Assembly: GCA_964617785.1 (NCBI GenBank)
Contig: CAZTYY010000002.1
Location: 1 to 48,704, forward strand
DNA: 48,704 nucleotides
Reading direction: 5' to 3'
From: an uncultured Desulfobacterales bacterium
Lineage (GTDB): Bacteria > Desulfobacterota > Desulfobacteria > Desulfobacterales > SURF-7
Within the stretch, counting starts at the first letter, position 1. Each line of letters begins with the position of its first letter. The translations under genes and the position numbers were made by a program. The notes beneath the pieces were generated by a model, which saw nothing but the letters and a program-made list of their open reading frames with translations, made no database searches and was not told the origin of the DNA. Shown here in pieces: positions 22,201-30,247 of the stretch.

Positions 22201-23704
22201 CACACTGATCGTTAAAATTCGGAGGCTTCTTCCCCTTCATCGCAATATCTGCAATATCCTCCATTGCAACATTCAACGACTCAAGAGCCGACTCTTCAAG
22301 AAATGATCCCGTCCCTGCCGAGCACGCCTCGTTCATCGCATAATCAGAAGATACACCGTTGGTAATATACGTATATTTTGCGTCCTGCCCGCCTATTTCA
22401 AAGATCGTATCCACTTTATCATCAAAATGTACAGCCGCGGCAGCATGTGCAATGATCTCGTTTATGACGCCGTCTGTCAGGGCGTGAAGTCCTGCAATTT
22501 GGCGGCCTGAGCCGGTGACGCCAAGGCCTGTAATAGTGATACTGTCGGGGTCGACACTCGATTCCACCTGCTGAAGTATCGATTCGTAACACTTCCGAGA
22601 TGCGCCCACCGGATCTCCGCTGGTCCTTAGATAGATGGTGGCGAGCATGGCATTGTCGTCTATTCGTAAGAGCACTGCCTTTGTGGTTGTAGACCCCACG
22701 TCAAGGCCCAGAATGCAGTGATCCCCTTCCCTCACCTTGTCTGTTTTAATGGTTTTAAATTCCACCTGATCCTTAAAATCTGATAAGGGAGGTAAAGATT
22801 CAAAAGGTTCAATCTCAGTCCTGAAAAGCGACTCTTTTCCGGGAAACGGGTCGGTCTGGTTGTCCAGTGCCCACAACGCCGTACCCAGGGCCTCAAAATA
22901 CGGGGCTTCTTCAGGAACGATCAATCCCGGTATTTCAGCTTTAAGATTGTCGATCATCATCCGGTTCAATGCTGTCCCACCGGTCATCATGATGTTTTGA
23001 CGGCCCACTTTTTTCAAAAGCTCAAGCACCTTGTTCGACATCATGACACAGAGTCCGGCCGTTACTTTTGATTTTGGAATTCCCTTGTTGGTAGCGTGGG
23101 TACAGTCTGATTTACAAAACACTGAGCAACGCCCTGACACATGGTGAGGATCTTCATTATCGGTCCAGTCTTCTATATCCTCAAGAGATATATCCATTCT
23201 TCTCAACTGCTGGAGAAAAAATTCCCCGGTGCCCGAGGCGCACTTGTTGCCTGTCAGCACGTTTGATATCTTACCTTTGCTGTTCAGCACATAGGTCATG
23301 AAGGTTTCACCGCCAGCGGAAACCACAGCGGGACAGGAAACATCTTTTGGTTTTACAAACCTGAACGCATATTCAACTGCTTCCGGTTCTGAAATGGAGG
23401 ACAGGTTAACGAACTTGTGAAATTTTCTTCCGGTTACCGCGATTTTGTCAAAAATATCAAAATCGAGGTTTTCCACAACAGACATCATGGTCTGCTTTGG
23501 ATCGCCGCCATGGTAGTGAACCGAAGCGTCGACGATACGTGCACCATTGTCAACCCCTGTCCCGTCACTTTGGTTTTCGTTGCTGTTGGCCTCCACCTGT
23601 ACTACAGATATGGTTGAAGCGCCCAGGCAAATGCCGAGGCTCATTCTTTTTCCATTGGAATGACTGTTATCAGTCATCTCTATATTTGATATTCCTTCTT
23701 TCAT
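19283..23704 (-). CDS. Giant fusion protein: two BcrA/BadF/HgdC-type activator ATPase domains plus 2-hydroxyacyl-CoA-dehydratase-like (activase-related) C-terminal domains
   Basis: 1473 aa. Two ASKHA ATPase modules each carry the activator cluster-ligand pattern (NKCASGTGEFF / GRCSVFCKSD and NEACSAGTGSFL / DQCAAFISSD). A long C-terminal region resembles the CoA-enzyme-activase-associated domains found in very large activase proteins. Confidence 0.8.
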   Translation of the reverse strand: MKEGISNIEMTDNSHSNGKRMSLGICLGASTISVVQVEANSNENQSDGTGVDNGARIVDASVHYHGGDPKQTMMSVVENLDFDIFDKIAVTGRKFHKFVNLSSISEPEAVEYAFRFVKPKDVSCPAVVSAGGETFMTYVLNSKGKISNVLTGNKCASGTGEFFLQQLRRMDISLEDIEDWTDNEDPHHVSGRCSVFCKSDCTHATNKGIPKSKVTAGLCVMMSNKVLELLKKVGRQNIMMTGGTALNRMMIDNLKAEIPGLIVPEEAPYFEALGTALWALDNQTDPFPGKESLFRTEIEPFESLPPLSDFKDQVEFKTIKTDKVREGDHCILGLDVGSTTTKAVLLRIDDNAMLATIYLRTSGDPVGASRKCYESILQQVESSVDPDSITITGLGVTGSGRQIAGLHALTDGVINEIIAHAAAAVHFDDKVDTIFEIGGQDAKYTYITNGVSSDYAMNEACSAGTGSFLEESALESLNVAMEDIADIAMKGKKPPNFNDQCAAFISSDIKNAIHEGVAHEDIVAGLVYSICMNYSNRVKGNRQVGEKIFMQGGVCYNHAIPLAMASLVGKPIIVPPEPGLMGAFGVALEVKKRIENNLLEDGLFDLKSLAARDVNYGKSFICGGGKEKCDRQCNIAMIELVGKKYPFGGACNRYYNLRHNIDYDVKTLDLIKLRQELIFDKYADSLSEGVTPKGRVWINRSFLVNTFYPLYSTFFTELGYEIILPDEPSKEGIDRRSAAFCYPAELAHGFFYSMIEKGGLEKGGKPDFIFLPHFKSIPSSNGNESSQVCPFVQGETFYLRTTFREQIEKLKVKSEQILAPLLDLRTGLETAIDQFVETAAKMGEGKKKAVNAFKKAVDTQNACFREMKDIGKKVMAELESDPDRTAMVIFARPYNGYVGEANMGIPHKLASRGVQVIPVDFLNLEDERDKKHMYWGAGQQIMKASRLVKKHPQLFSTFITNFSCGPDSFLIGYFRSIMGKKPSLTLELDSHTADAGLETRIEAYLDIVATFRQLEGIEKTPEKITRFRAAETSLENGVPVVTTSSGKTAPLRDPKVTLLFPSMGRLTTEAIGSVFRSQGLNAIVHQPADEAILKLGRANTSCKECLPLLLTTGFLLNYIRNYKKDGEILVYFMPTGSGPCRFGQYFVFMEDLIKRLEIPDVALLSLSSENSYAGLGGDLHIKTWWAVVVADVMEDIRSMILANAVDVNKGTGIFEKEWAKIMETLETEDFAGLKKRLKETSRILGGIPMKLSLEDVPVIYLAGEIFVRRDGLSRRYLTELLAKRGFAVTCAPIAEWLIYSDYLVDKKMVYMSMTIMEKLGFMLRKKIMAKHEKHLKALLRKSGLVQAELVDIDTMIDNAKTYISPKLAGEAVLTIGSAITEIANHACGVIAIGPFGCMPNRMSEAILNDTMNREDKLATAPKDKRLKSILEDVEELPFLAIESDGSPFPQLIHAKLEAFCLRAERLHHRMKQG

Positions 23705-23974
23705 CAGTTTTGCTGCTCCAGTGAGATCCGTGTGTCATTAAATCAATAAAATAAAATGTCATGTAATGTGAATATGATAAGCATGTTTGTCAATAAGGAG
23801 ATCGAATATAACGATTCATTAAAAAAATCAATGGTGCATTTAATTGTTTTTTCTTTAAATCATAATTGTATCTGTCGCCCTGTTATGATATTGCCGGTAT
23901 TTCAAATGGAACTATGTATTATTATGGAATCATTTCCATTTTTAATGTTAGCTTAAAGATCGCGAAATGCAAAA

Positions 23975-24670
23975 ATGCTGGGAACCATCGTAAACACAGT
24001 TGCAATCATTATCGGAGGACTGGCCGGCCTTCTGTTCAGGGGCGGCATTCCCGAGAAATATAATGAAACCATCATGCATGCCATCGGCCTTGCGGTGATC
24101 CTGGTGGGCCTCACAGGCGCGTTAAAAGTCGAAAAAATACTGGTCGTTATCTTCAGCATGGCATTGGGCACCCTGATCGGAGAACTTTTAAGAATTGAAG
24201 ACCGCCTTGAGAAACTGGGCAAATGGCTTGAAGACCGATTTTCAAGTTCAGGAGACGGCAAAATATCAAAGGCATTTGTCACCACCAGCCTGATATACTG
24301 TGTGGGTTCAATGGCCATCATCGGATCAATGGAAAGCGGCATTTCCGGCAACCATCAGACGCTCTTTGCAAAATCAGCCCTTGACGGCATCGCTTCGATT
24401 GTTTTCGCCTCAACCCTTGGCGCCGGTGTTCTATTATCCTCAATATCGGTTTTCGTATACCAGGGCTTCATCACCGTTGCCGCATCTTTCATGAAGCAGT
24501 TCCTCACACCGGAAGTGGTCAACCAGATGTCGGTCACCGGAGGCCTCTTAATCATGGCCATCGGATTCAACCTCCTTGAAATAATAAAAATAAAGATCGG
24601 CAACATGCTCCCGGCCATCTTCATCCCCCTTATTTATTTTATGATCCGGCAGCTTGTCGCATGGATATAG
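23975..24670 (+). CDS. DUF554-family (YqgA/YdfK-like) membrane protein
   Basis: 231-aa hydrophobic ORF. N-terminus MLGTIVNTVAIIIGGLAG and overall pattern typical of DUF554. Confidence 0.72.
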   Translation: MLGTIVNTVAIIIGGLAGLLFRGGIPEKYNETIMHAIGLAVILVGLTGALKVEKILVVIFSMALGTLIGELLRIEDRLEKLGKWLEDRFSSSGDGKISKAFVTTSLIYCVGSMAIIGSMESGISGNHQTLFAKSALDGIASIVFASTLGAGVLLSSISVFVYQGFITVAASFMKQFLTPEVVNQMSVTGGLLIMAIGFNLLEIIKIKIGNMLPAIFIPLIYFMIRQLVAWI

Positions 24671-24747
24671 AAGAAAAACTATTAAAGAGAGTTTGGAAAG
24701 ATGACAATCTCGTAAAAAGTCAATTACGGATATTTAAGGAGGCAAAA

Positions 24748-25098
24748 ATGTTCCAAAAACACCTGGACATCGGATACACCCCCGCCATTCCGGGAATTGA
24801 AATGAAGACGCTGGTCCACGGCGAAAATACTTTGATGACGAAATTCCTGCTGAAAAAAGGCAGTCTGCTGCCCCGGCATTCCCATCCCCATGAGCAAACC
24901 GGCTACCTTGTAAAAGGCCGGATTCGCCTGTCAATCGGCACTGAATCATTCGAAGTAATACCCGGTGACAGCTGGTGCATTCCAGGTGATGTCGAACACA
25001 AAGCTGACATCATCGAAGACTCGATAGCTATCGAGGTATTTTCGCCTGTAAGAGAGGATTATTTGCCGAAAAATAATGAGCCCGGAGGGGCAAAATGA
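24748..25098 (+). CDS. Small cupin-domain protein (1 of 3)
   Basis: Cupin motifs PRHSHPHEQTGYLVKG and GDSWCIPGDVEH. Start set at the ATG preceded by TAAGGAGG; the track ORF begins at 24661. Confidence 0.75.
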   Translation: MFQKHLDIGYTPAIPGIEMKTLVHGENTLMTKFLLKKGSLLPRHSHPHEQTGYLVKGRIRLSIGTESFEVIPGDSWCIPGDVEHKADIIEDSIAIEVFSPVREDYLPKNNEPGGAK

Positions 25099-25505
25099 AT
25101 CAGAATACAATTGTTAATAACCTTTATGAAATCATCGAATCCGCGCCACTTGATGAGGCCGTGGGAATAAGACTGGCCCATCTGACCGGCAGCGCTGAAT
25201 TTTCATTATTTGCCGCGGAGATAGGCCCTCAAAAAAAAGTGGGGGCGCATTATCATAAATCCGGCATTGAAACCTACCAGATTGTCGAAGGTGAAGGAAT
25301 AATGCACCTGGGCAAGCCTGACAGCAATAACACGGTTCAATGGACGGATTCATTTAACGTCAAAACAGGCGATTGCTTCACGGTGAACGAAGGAGAAGTG
25401 CACCAGTTGGTGAATATCCTTGATAGCAAATTGATTATAGTGGCTGGCTGCTCCAAAGCGCACGTAACCACTGACAGGATAACCGTCAAGGGATACGAGG
25501 CATAA
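25095..25505 (+). CDS. Small cupin-domain protein (2 of 3)
   Basis: 136 aa. GAHYHKSGIETYQIVEGEG and FTVNEGEVHQL. ATGA start/stop overlap with the preceding cupin. GGAGGGG RBS. Confidence 0.68.
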   Translation: MNQNTIVNNLYEIIESAPLDEAVGIRLAHLTGSAEFSLFAAEIGPQKKVGAHYHKSGIETYQIVEGEGIMHLGKPDSNNTVQWTDSFNVKTGDCFTVNEGEVHQLVNILDSKLIIVAGCSKAHVTTDRITVKGYEA

Positions 25506-25559
25506 GGTAAAACAATATTACGGATAAGGCCGCGTTGATCATGGGTCGAACATGTGGTA

Positions 25560-26015
25560 ATGATCGGCATGTTCGAATTCATAACTAGTAATGGCTACCT
25601 GTATCTTTTTCTACTGAGTTTTATTGCATCCACTATTATCCCATTAGGATCTGAATGGCTTCTTGTGGCCTTGCTGATCAAATCCTTAGATCCTGCTCTT
25701 TTGCTTTTTTCCGCCACTGCAGGCAATTTTCTCGGGGCCTGCACAACTTACATCATTGCCATTTACTGCACTCCATTTCTTGCAGAAAAAGTTCTAAGAA
25801 TCGATTCCAGGTCCCGTAACCGTGCGGCATCTCTTTACAAAAAATACGGTTCATGGTCTCTGCTGCTGTCATGGCTTCCGTTCATCGGTGATCCTTTATG
25901 TTTTATCGGCGGTGTATTCAAAATTCCGTTTATCAAATTTGCTTTGCTGGTTTTTACCGGAAAACTGGCAAGATATGCGTTTGTCACAGCCGTAACCCTG
26001 TCAGCATGCAATTGA
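25560..26015 (+). CDS. YqaA/DedA-like (SNARE-associated domain) membrane protein
   Basis: About 150-aa hydrophobic ORF. IIPLGSEWLLVAL and WLPFIGDPLCFIGG resemble the YqaA family. Start uncertain (GTG 25554, ATG 25560 or 25569). Confidence 0.6.
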   Translation: MIGMFEFITSNGYLYLFLLSFIASTIIPLGSEWLLVALLIKSLDPALLLFSATAGNFLGACTTYIIAIYCTPFLAEKVLRIDSRSRNRAASLYKKYGSWSLLLSWLPFIGDPLCFIGGVFKIPFIKFALLVFTGKLARYAFVTAVTLSACN

Positions 26016-26133
26016 TCATACTTTTACGGTTAACTGAAAAGTGTCGAGTCTTGTTTGAGTCTGGTCTTGACTCTTTTGAAGCTCTTGCATAAAGTTCTTC
26101 ATATCCAGTCTGTTAAAAAACAAGGGAGAAATT

Positions 26134-26469
26134 ATGAAAAATGTATTTCCGGAACCAATTACCGGTTTGCCTGAGGCTGATATACCGATTGATGGTATTA
26201 AAGCAAACCTTTCTCAATCCAAAGATCACCAGATTATTTTTATGCAGTTTGAAAAAGACGTGGATTTACCGGAACATTCCCATGCAGCGCAGGTAGGATT
26301 CGTGCTTGAGGGCAGGATTGACCTTGTGATTGACAGCAACCATAAATCATATGAAAAAGGAGACCGTTATTATATTCCGTCCAATGTTAAACATTCAGGG
26401 AAAATATATGCCGGATATGCCGACATCACTTTTTTTGATGAGCCAAATCGTTATTCAAAAAGAGGTTAA
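26134..26469 (+). CDS. Small cupin-domain protein (3 of 3)
   Basis: 111 aa. LPEHSHAAQVGFVLEGR and GDRYYIPSNVKHSG. GGGAGA RBS. Confidence 0.75.
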   Translation: MKNVFPEPITGLPEADIPIDGIKANLSQSKDHQIIFMQFEKDVDLPEHSHAAQVGFVLEGRIDLVIDSNHKSYEKGDRYYIPSNVKHSGKIYAGYADITFFDEPNRYSKRG

Positions 26470-26478
26470 TCCAGCCAT

Positions 26479-27180
26479 ATGATCAGTCAACCCTTTTCAA
26501 AAACCCTTGCTTCAATAAAAAAGGCAAACCTTTTCATCCTGATGCTTGCCTGTGCGGTTCTTGGCATTCTGTTTGTGGTCACTGCAGTGGGTATAATCAC
26601 ATGGTCTTCCGTCCATCTGATCCATATCGAAACAGGTTGGCTGGATACACTTGTGACCTGGATTATTGGATGTGTAACCGGTATCGGCGGATGGTTCATG
26701 CTGCCTGCATTTATTGTGCTGATTGCCGGTCTGTTCCAGGAAACAGCTATTCACAGGGTGGAAACCGTCTTTTATCCAGATGCGGTTCGCAGTGGAGGGC
26801 CCCGAATATGGCCTGAAGTGATACATGACATAAAGTTTACTATACGGGCGATTTTACTAAATATATTGATTCTGCCATTCTATCTGATAAGTATCGGTTT
26901 TGCGATGTCTATTATAGTCAACACCTATCTTCTTGGACGGGAGTTCTTTGAAAGCGCTGTTGGTTACCATATCGGAAAACCCGCGGCAAAACAGCTGGGC
27001 AGAAAAAATCGGATTGTTGTTTACAGCGGCGGTCTTGTTATCACCCTGATGACCCTCGTACCATTGCTAAATCTTTTTGTCCCGATTTTGGCAACAGTCT
27101 GGATGGTACATGCTTATCACGGAATAAAAAACAAGCAGGGCGTCGTCATTGGAAAAAATGGGAAAAATTCGAATTCGTGA
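26479..27180 (+). CDS. EI24/CysZ-like integral membrane protein
   Basis: 233 aa with several TM helices. Overall resemblance to the EI24/CysZ family (LFQETAIHRVE..., NTYLLGREFFE..., LLNLFVPILATVWMVHAY). Family assignment is tentative. Confidence 0.5.
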   Translation: MISQPFSKTLASIKKANLFILMLACAVLGILFVVTAVGIITWSSVHLIHIETGWLDTLVTWIIGCVTGIGGWFMLPAFIVLIAGLFQETAIHRVETVFYPDAVRSGGPRIWPEVIHDIKFTIRAILLNILILPFYLISIGFAMSIIVNTYLLGREFFESAVGYHIGKPAAKQLGRKNRIVVYSGGLVITLMTLVPLLNLFVPILATVWMVHAYHGIKNKQGVVIGKNGKNSNS

Positions 27181-27211
27181 CACTTTGGCAACCAACAAGG
27201 AGATTTTAATA

Positions 27212-27688
27212 ATGGTAACGCTTCCCGTGTTTGAAAGCGATACAAGCTATGATGTATCACCTACAAAAATTATAGCACTTGGTCTAAATTACCGGGACCA
27301 CATTGCTGAAAGCCATTCCGTTAAAGTACGCGGTTTTACCGATGACATACCCGAAGAACCAATCCTGTTCCCTAAAACACCTAATGTGCTCATCGGCCAT
27401 GAAGAGGCTATTGTCATACCGAAGTTTCTTAAAAAATATAATTTCGAAGAGTTGAGAGTCGACTTGGTTCAGGATTCCAATACATGCCATATGATTTTCA
27501 GCATTCCGGACATTATTTCCTTTGTTTCAACCAACTTCACCTTGATGCCCGGTGATATTATTTTAACCGGCACTCCGAGCGGTGTCGGCCCTCTTGCCCA
27601 CGGAGATTTGGTGGAAGTTGAAATCGAAAATATTGGTGTTTTAAAGAACCATGTTGTTAATGAAGTTGAAAATATAATTTTTTTCTGA
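27212..27688 (+). CDS. Fumarylacetoacetate-hydrolase (FAH) family protein with a large in-frame internal deletion (probably non-functional)
   Basis: FAH N-terminal block KIIALGLNYRDH...EEPILFPKTPN and C-terminal block QDSNTCHMIFSIPDIISFVS...PGDIILTGTPSGVGPL...VEVEIENIGVL are present. They are joined at ...YNFEEL|RVDLVQDSNT, so the central catalytic core of roughly 70 residues expected in this family is missing. AAGGAG RBS before ATG 27212. Confidence 0.6.
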   Translation: MVTLPVFESDTSYDVSPTKIIALGLNYRDHIAESHSVKVRGFTDDIPEEPILFPKTPNVLIGHEEAIVIPKFLKKYNFEELRVDLVQDSNTCHMIFSIPDIISFVSTNFTLMPGDIILTGTPSGVGPLAHGDLVEVEIENIGVLKNHVVNEVENIIFF

Positions 27689-27733
27689 TATTGTGCTTTT
27701 TTTTTTCAAACCAGCAGGTACGATGGTGATTGA

Positions 27734-28015
27734 ATGGAAAGCACGATATCCAGAATAGAAGAATTGTTTAACCCCCGGTCAGTGGCGATTGTCGGTGTAC
27801 CCAGGGGGCTCAAATTCGGAAAACTTTTTTTAATGGCCCTTATTGACCAGGGATTTCAGGGTTCGATCTACCCGGTAAATCCCAATGCAGAAGAAATCGA
27901 CGGCCTAAAAACGTATCCCGACCTGCACTCAATACCCGGCGCAGAACGCGCCATGAAAAGTTATGCCCGGGTTTATCAATACCAAAGCCGGAGCAATACT
28001 CAGCGGAGGAAATAA
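27734..28015 (+). pseudogene. Remnant of an ADP-forming acyl-CoA synthetase alpha-subunit paralogue (N-terminal about 69 aa fused in frame to the C-terminal about 22 aa)
   Basis: The 93-aa ORF has N-terminus EELFNPRSVAIVGVPRG...GSIYPVNPNAEEIDGLKTYPDLHSIPG. This parallels the N-terminus of the 490-aa alpha subunit downstream (KMFNPRGLAVFGGVSK...GKLYPISPKGGEVAGLKVYKSLDEI). The tail AERAMKSYARVY parallels the alpha C-terminus CAERALRGIRNA. The TAATG overlap with the next gene is retained. Confidence 0.6.
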
Positions 28016-28692
28016 TGAAAATCGAAACAGCCATTAAAAACGGTCGAGCTAATCTTTCGGAATATGAGTCCAAACTTTTTCTATCATCTTATGGGATTCC
28101 CGTTACAAAAGAGGTCCTGATTAAAGACCAGGAAGAGATTGTTTCGGCAGCCAAGGAAATCGGATATCCGCTTGTCCTTAAAGGATGCGGCCATGATATT
28201 TTGCATAAAACCGAGAAAGATCTGGTAAAGACCGATATCAGAAACGATGATGAAGCAAAAGCCGCATTTCATGCAATTACCTCAAACATGGAAGGAACAG
28301 AAAAAAATATTCTGGTTCAGGAAATGATTCAAGGAAGGCGGGAGCTTGTGGCCGGAATGACCCGCGACCCGCAATTCGGCCCTTGCGTCATGTTTGGTAT
28401 CGGAGGAATTTTTACCGAAATTCTTGAAGATGTGTGTTTCAGAGTTGCTCCGCTAACTCGTGAAGATGCTTTTGCCCTGATGCAGGGCATTCGGGGCAAA
28501 AAAATTCTGGGTGCTGTTCGAGGTATGCCTGCCGTTGATATGGAAGCACTCGCCGATATATTGATAGCAGTCGGACAAATAGGAATAGATCATGATCAGG
28601 TGAAAGAAATCGACCTTAACCCTATTAAGGTTGCAAAAGGTTCGCCTGTCGCAGTTGATGCGTTAATAGTTTTGAATAATACCAAGAGTTGA
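28015..28692 (+). CDS. ADP-forming acetyl/acyl-CoA synthetase beta subunit (ATP-grasp domain)
   Basis: 225 aa. LSEYESKLFLSSYGIPV, YPLVLKG, LVQEMI, FGIGGIFTEILEDV, EIDLNPI typical of ATP-grasp_5/ACD beta. GGAGGA RBS. Confidence 0.85.
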   Translation: MKIETAIKNGRANLSEYESKLFLSSYGIPVTKEVLIKDQEEIVSAAKEIGYPLVLKGCGHDILHKTEKDLVKTDIRNDDEAKAAFHAITSNMEGTEKNILVQEMIQGRRELVAGMTRDPQFGPCVMFGIGGIFTEILEDVCFRVAPLTREDAFALMQGIRGKKILGAVRGMPAVDMEALADILIAVGQIGIDHDQVKEIDLNPIKVAKGSPVAVDALIVLNNTKS

Positions 28693-28697
28693 AACCG

Positions 28698-30161
28698 ATG
28701 AATTCCGACACAAAAGAAAAATTAGACAAAATGTTTAACCCCAGAGGCCTTGCTGTTTTTGGCGGTGTGTCAAAACTCGGGTCATTTGGAAATTCCATTG
28801 TAATGAGTCTTTTAAAATATGGCTATAAGGGAAAACTCTACCCGATATCACCAAAAGGCGGAGAAGTTGCGGGACTCAAAGTGTATAAAAGTCTTGATGA
28901 AATTAAGGAACCAATCGATCTTGCATCGATATCCGTGCCTGCTAAAGCCGTGCCGGAAGTTCTTGAGGATTGTCTAGAGCATGGTGTTGCAGGAGCCGAA
29001 ATACATACCTCAGGCTTCGCGGAGACAGGAGAAGCAGCTGATATCAAACTGCAGGAAAAAATCACGGAAATATCTTCAAGGGGGCTCAGAATCGTCGGTC
29101 CTAACTGCTTCGGTCTCCACTCTCCCACAGGAGGCATAACACTGCTGCCTGGATTTGACTTTTCAAAAGAGCCCGGCAATGTGGCAATGATCTCCCAAAG
29201 CGGCGGTATTGCCAACGACTTCGGTCATGAAGCCATTGCAGCCGGCCTAAAGATAAGTAAAATCATTTCTTTTGGAAACGGATGCGACTTGGACGCTTCA
29301 GCACTTCTTGAGTATCTCGGCGAAGACAAAGACACAGCATATATTGCCGCATATATTGAAGGTGTTCAGGACGGCAGGAAGTTTCTTGACACTGTTAAAT
29401 CTGTATCGAATAAAAAACCGGTTCTCATATGGAAAGGCGGGCTTACACCTTTAGGCGCAAGAGCAACACTCAGCCACACCGGATCACTTGGCGGCGTATC
29501 AAAAATATGGGAAGGGGCGATCACCCAAACCGGCGCCCTGTCGGTTAAAGGTCTGGATGAAATAGTAGATACACTGTCAGTCCTCACGCATTTAAAAACC
29601 AGGGGAAAAAAAATCGCCATTGTCGGCGGTGGGGGCGCAATAGGTGTCTTCAGTTCAGACCTCGCCCATGAATGGGGCCTTAAAATCCCTCCATTCAGTC
29701 AGGGCACGCAAAAGCGACTCCGGGAATTTTTTCCAACCCCCGGAAACAGCGTTGTGAATCCCCTTGACACAGGCACTCCCATGTTTCCGCTGGAATGGCT
29801 GAGCGGCATGATCCGGGAAATATTAATAAGGGAGCCTATTGATGTTATGGTGCTAATTATGCTGCTCCACCCCCTTGAAGTTGTGGCGCCTGCTTTTATG
29901 GAGATGGCAGGTATTAAGCCGACTTCCCCTGGCGGAGAATATCTTGACGGCCTATTAACGTCTGTCTCAAAACTCAAAAAAGAGACTGGAAAAGATATCG
30001 CTTTAGTCCTTGAAAATAGAACATACAGACCGGAAGACCTTGATGTTGAATCTGTGAGAAGAAGAGTTGTCAATGAATACCAGAAACAAGGCATACCAGT
30101 ATTTCCTTGTGCTGAAAGGGCTCTCAGGGGAATCCGAAATGCCGCAGCATTGAATTCTTAA
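28698..30161 (+). CDS. ADP-forming acetyl/acyl-CoA synthetase alpha subunit (CoA-binding plus succinyl-CoA-synthetase-like flavodoxin domains)
   Basis: About 487 aa. CoA-binding N-terminus, RIVGPNCFG, MISQSGG, and phosphohistidine-loop-like LSHTGSLGG. The track start at 28689 is a TTG; the first ATG is at 28698. Confidence 0.85.
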   Translation: MNSDTKEKLDKMFNPRGLAVFGGVSKLGSFGNSIVMSLLKYGYKGKLYPISPKGGEVAGLKVYKSLDEIKEPIDLASISVPAKAVPEVLEDCLEHGVAGAEIHTSGFAETGEAADIKLQEKITEISSRGLRIVGPNCFGLHSPTGGITLLPGFDFSKEPGNVAMISQSGGIANDFGHEAIAAGLKISKIISFGNGCDLDASALLEYLGEDKDTAYIAAYIEGVQDGRKFLDTVKSVSNKKPVLIWKGGLTPLGARATLSHTGSLGGVSKIWEGAITQTGALSVKGLDEIVDTLSVLTHLKTRGKKIAIVGGGGAIGVFSSDLAHEWGLKIPPFSQGTQKRLREFFPTPGNSVVNPLDTGTPMFPLEWLSGMIREILIREPIDVMVLIMLLHPLEVVAPAFMEMAGIKPTSPGGEYLDGLLTSVSKLKKETGKDIALVLENRTYRPEDLDVESVRRRVVNEYQKQGIPVFPCAERALRGIRNAAALNS

Positions 30162-30247
30162 TGCCGCCGGATTGGCAAATATTTCATCTTTTGATTTTTT
30201 CACACGTTCTTATAAAAGCTGCTTTTTGACTCTCAGCCATAAACATC

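Noticed and set aside
24661-24747. N-terminal 29-codon extension of the first cupin
   Set aside because: A perfect TAAGGAGG RBS precedes the internal ATG at 24748, and the extension overlaps the DUF554 gene end.
26040-26100. GAGTC / GACTC short inverted repeats after the YqaA-like gene as an intrinsic terminator
   Set aside because: The stem is only 5 bp with a 7-nt loop and the U-tract is weak. This is too marginal to call.
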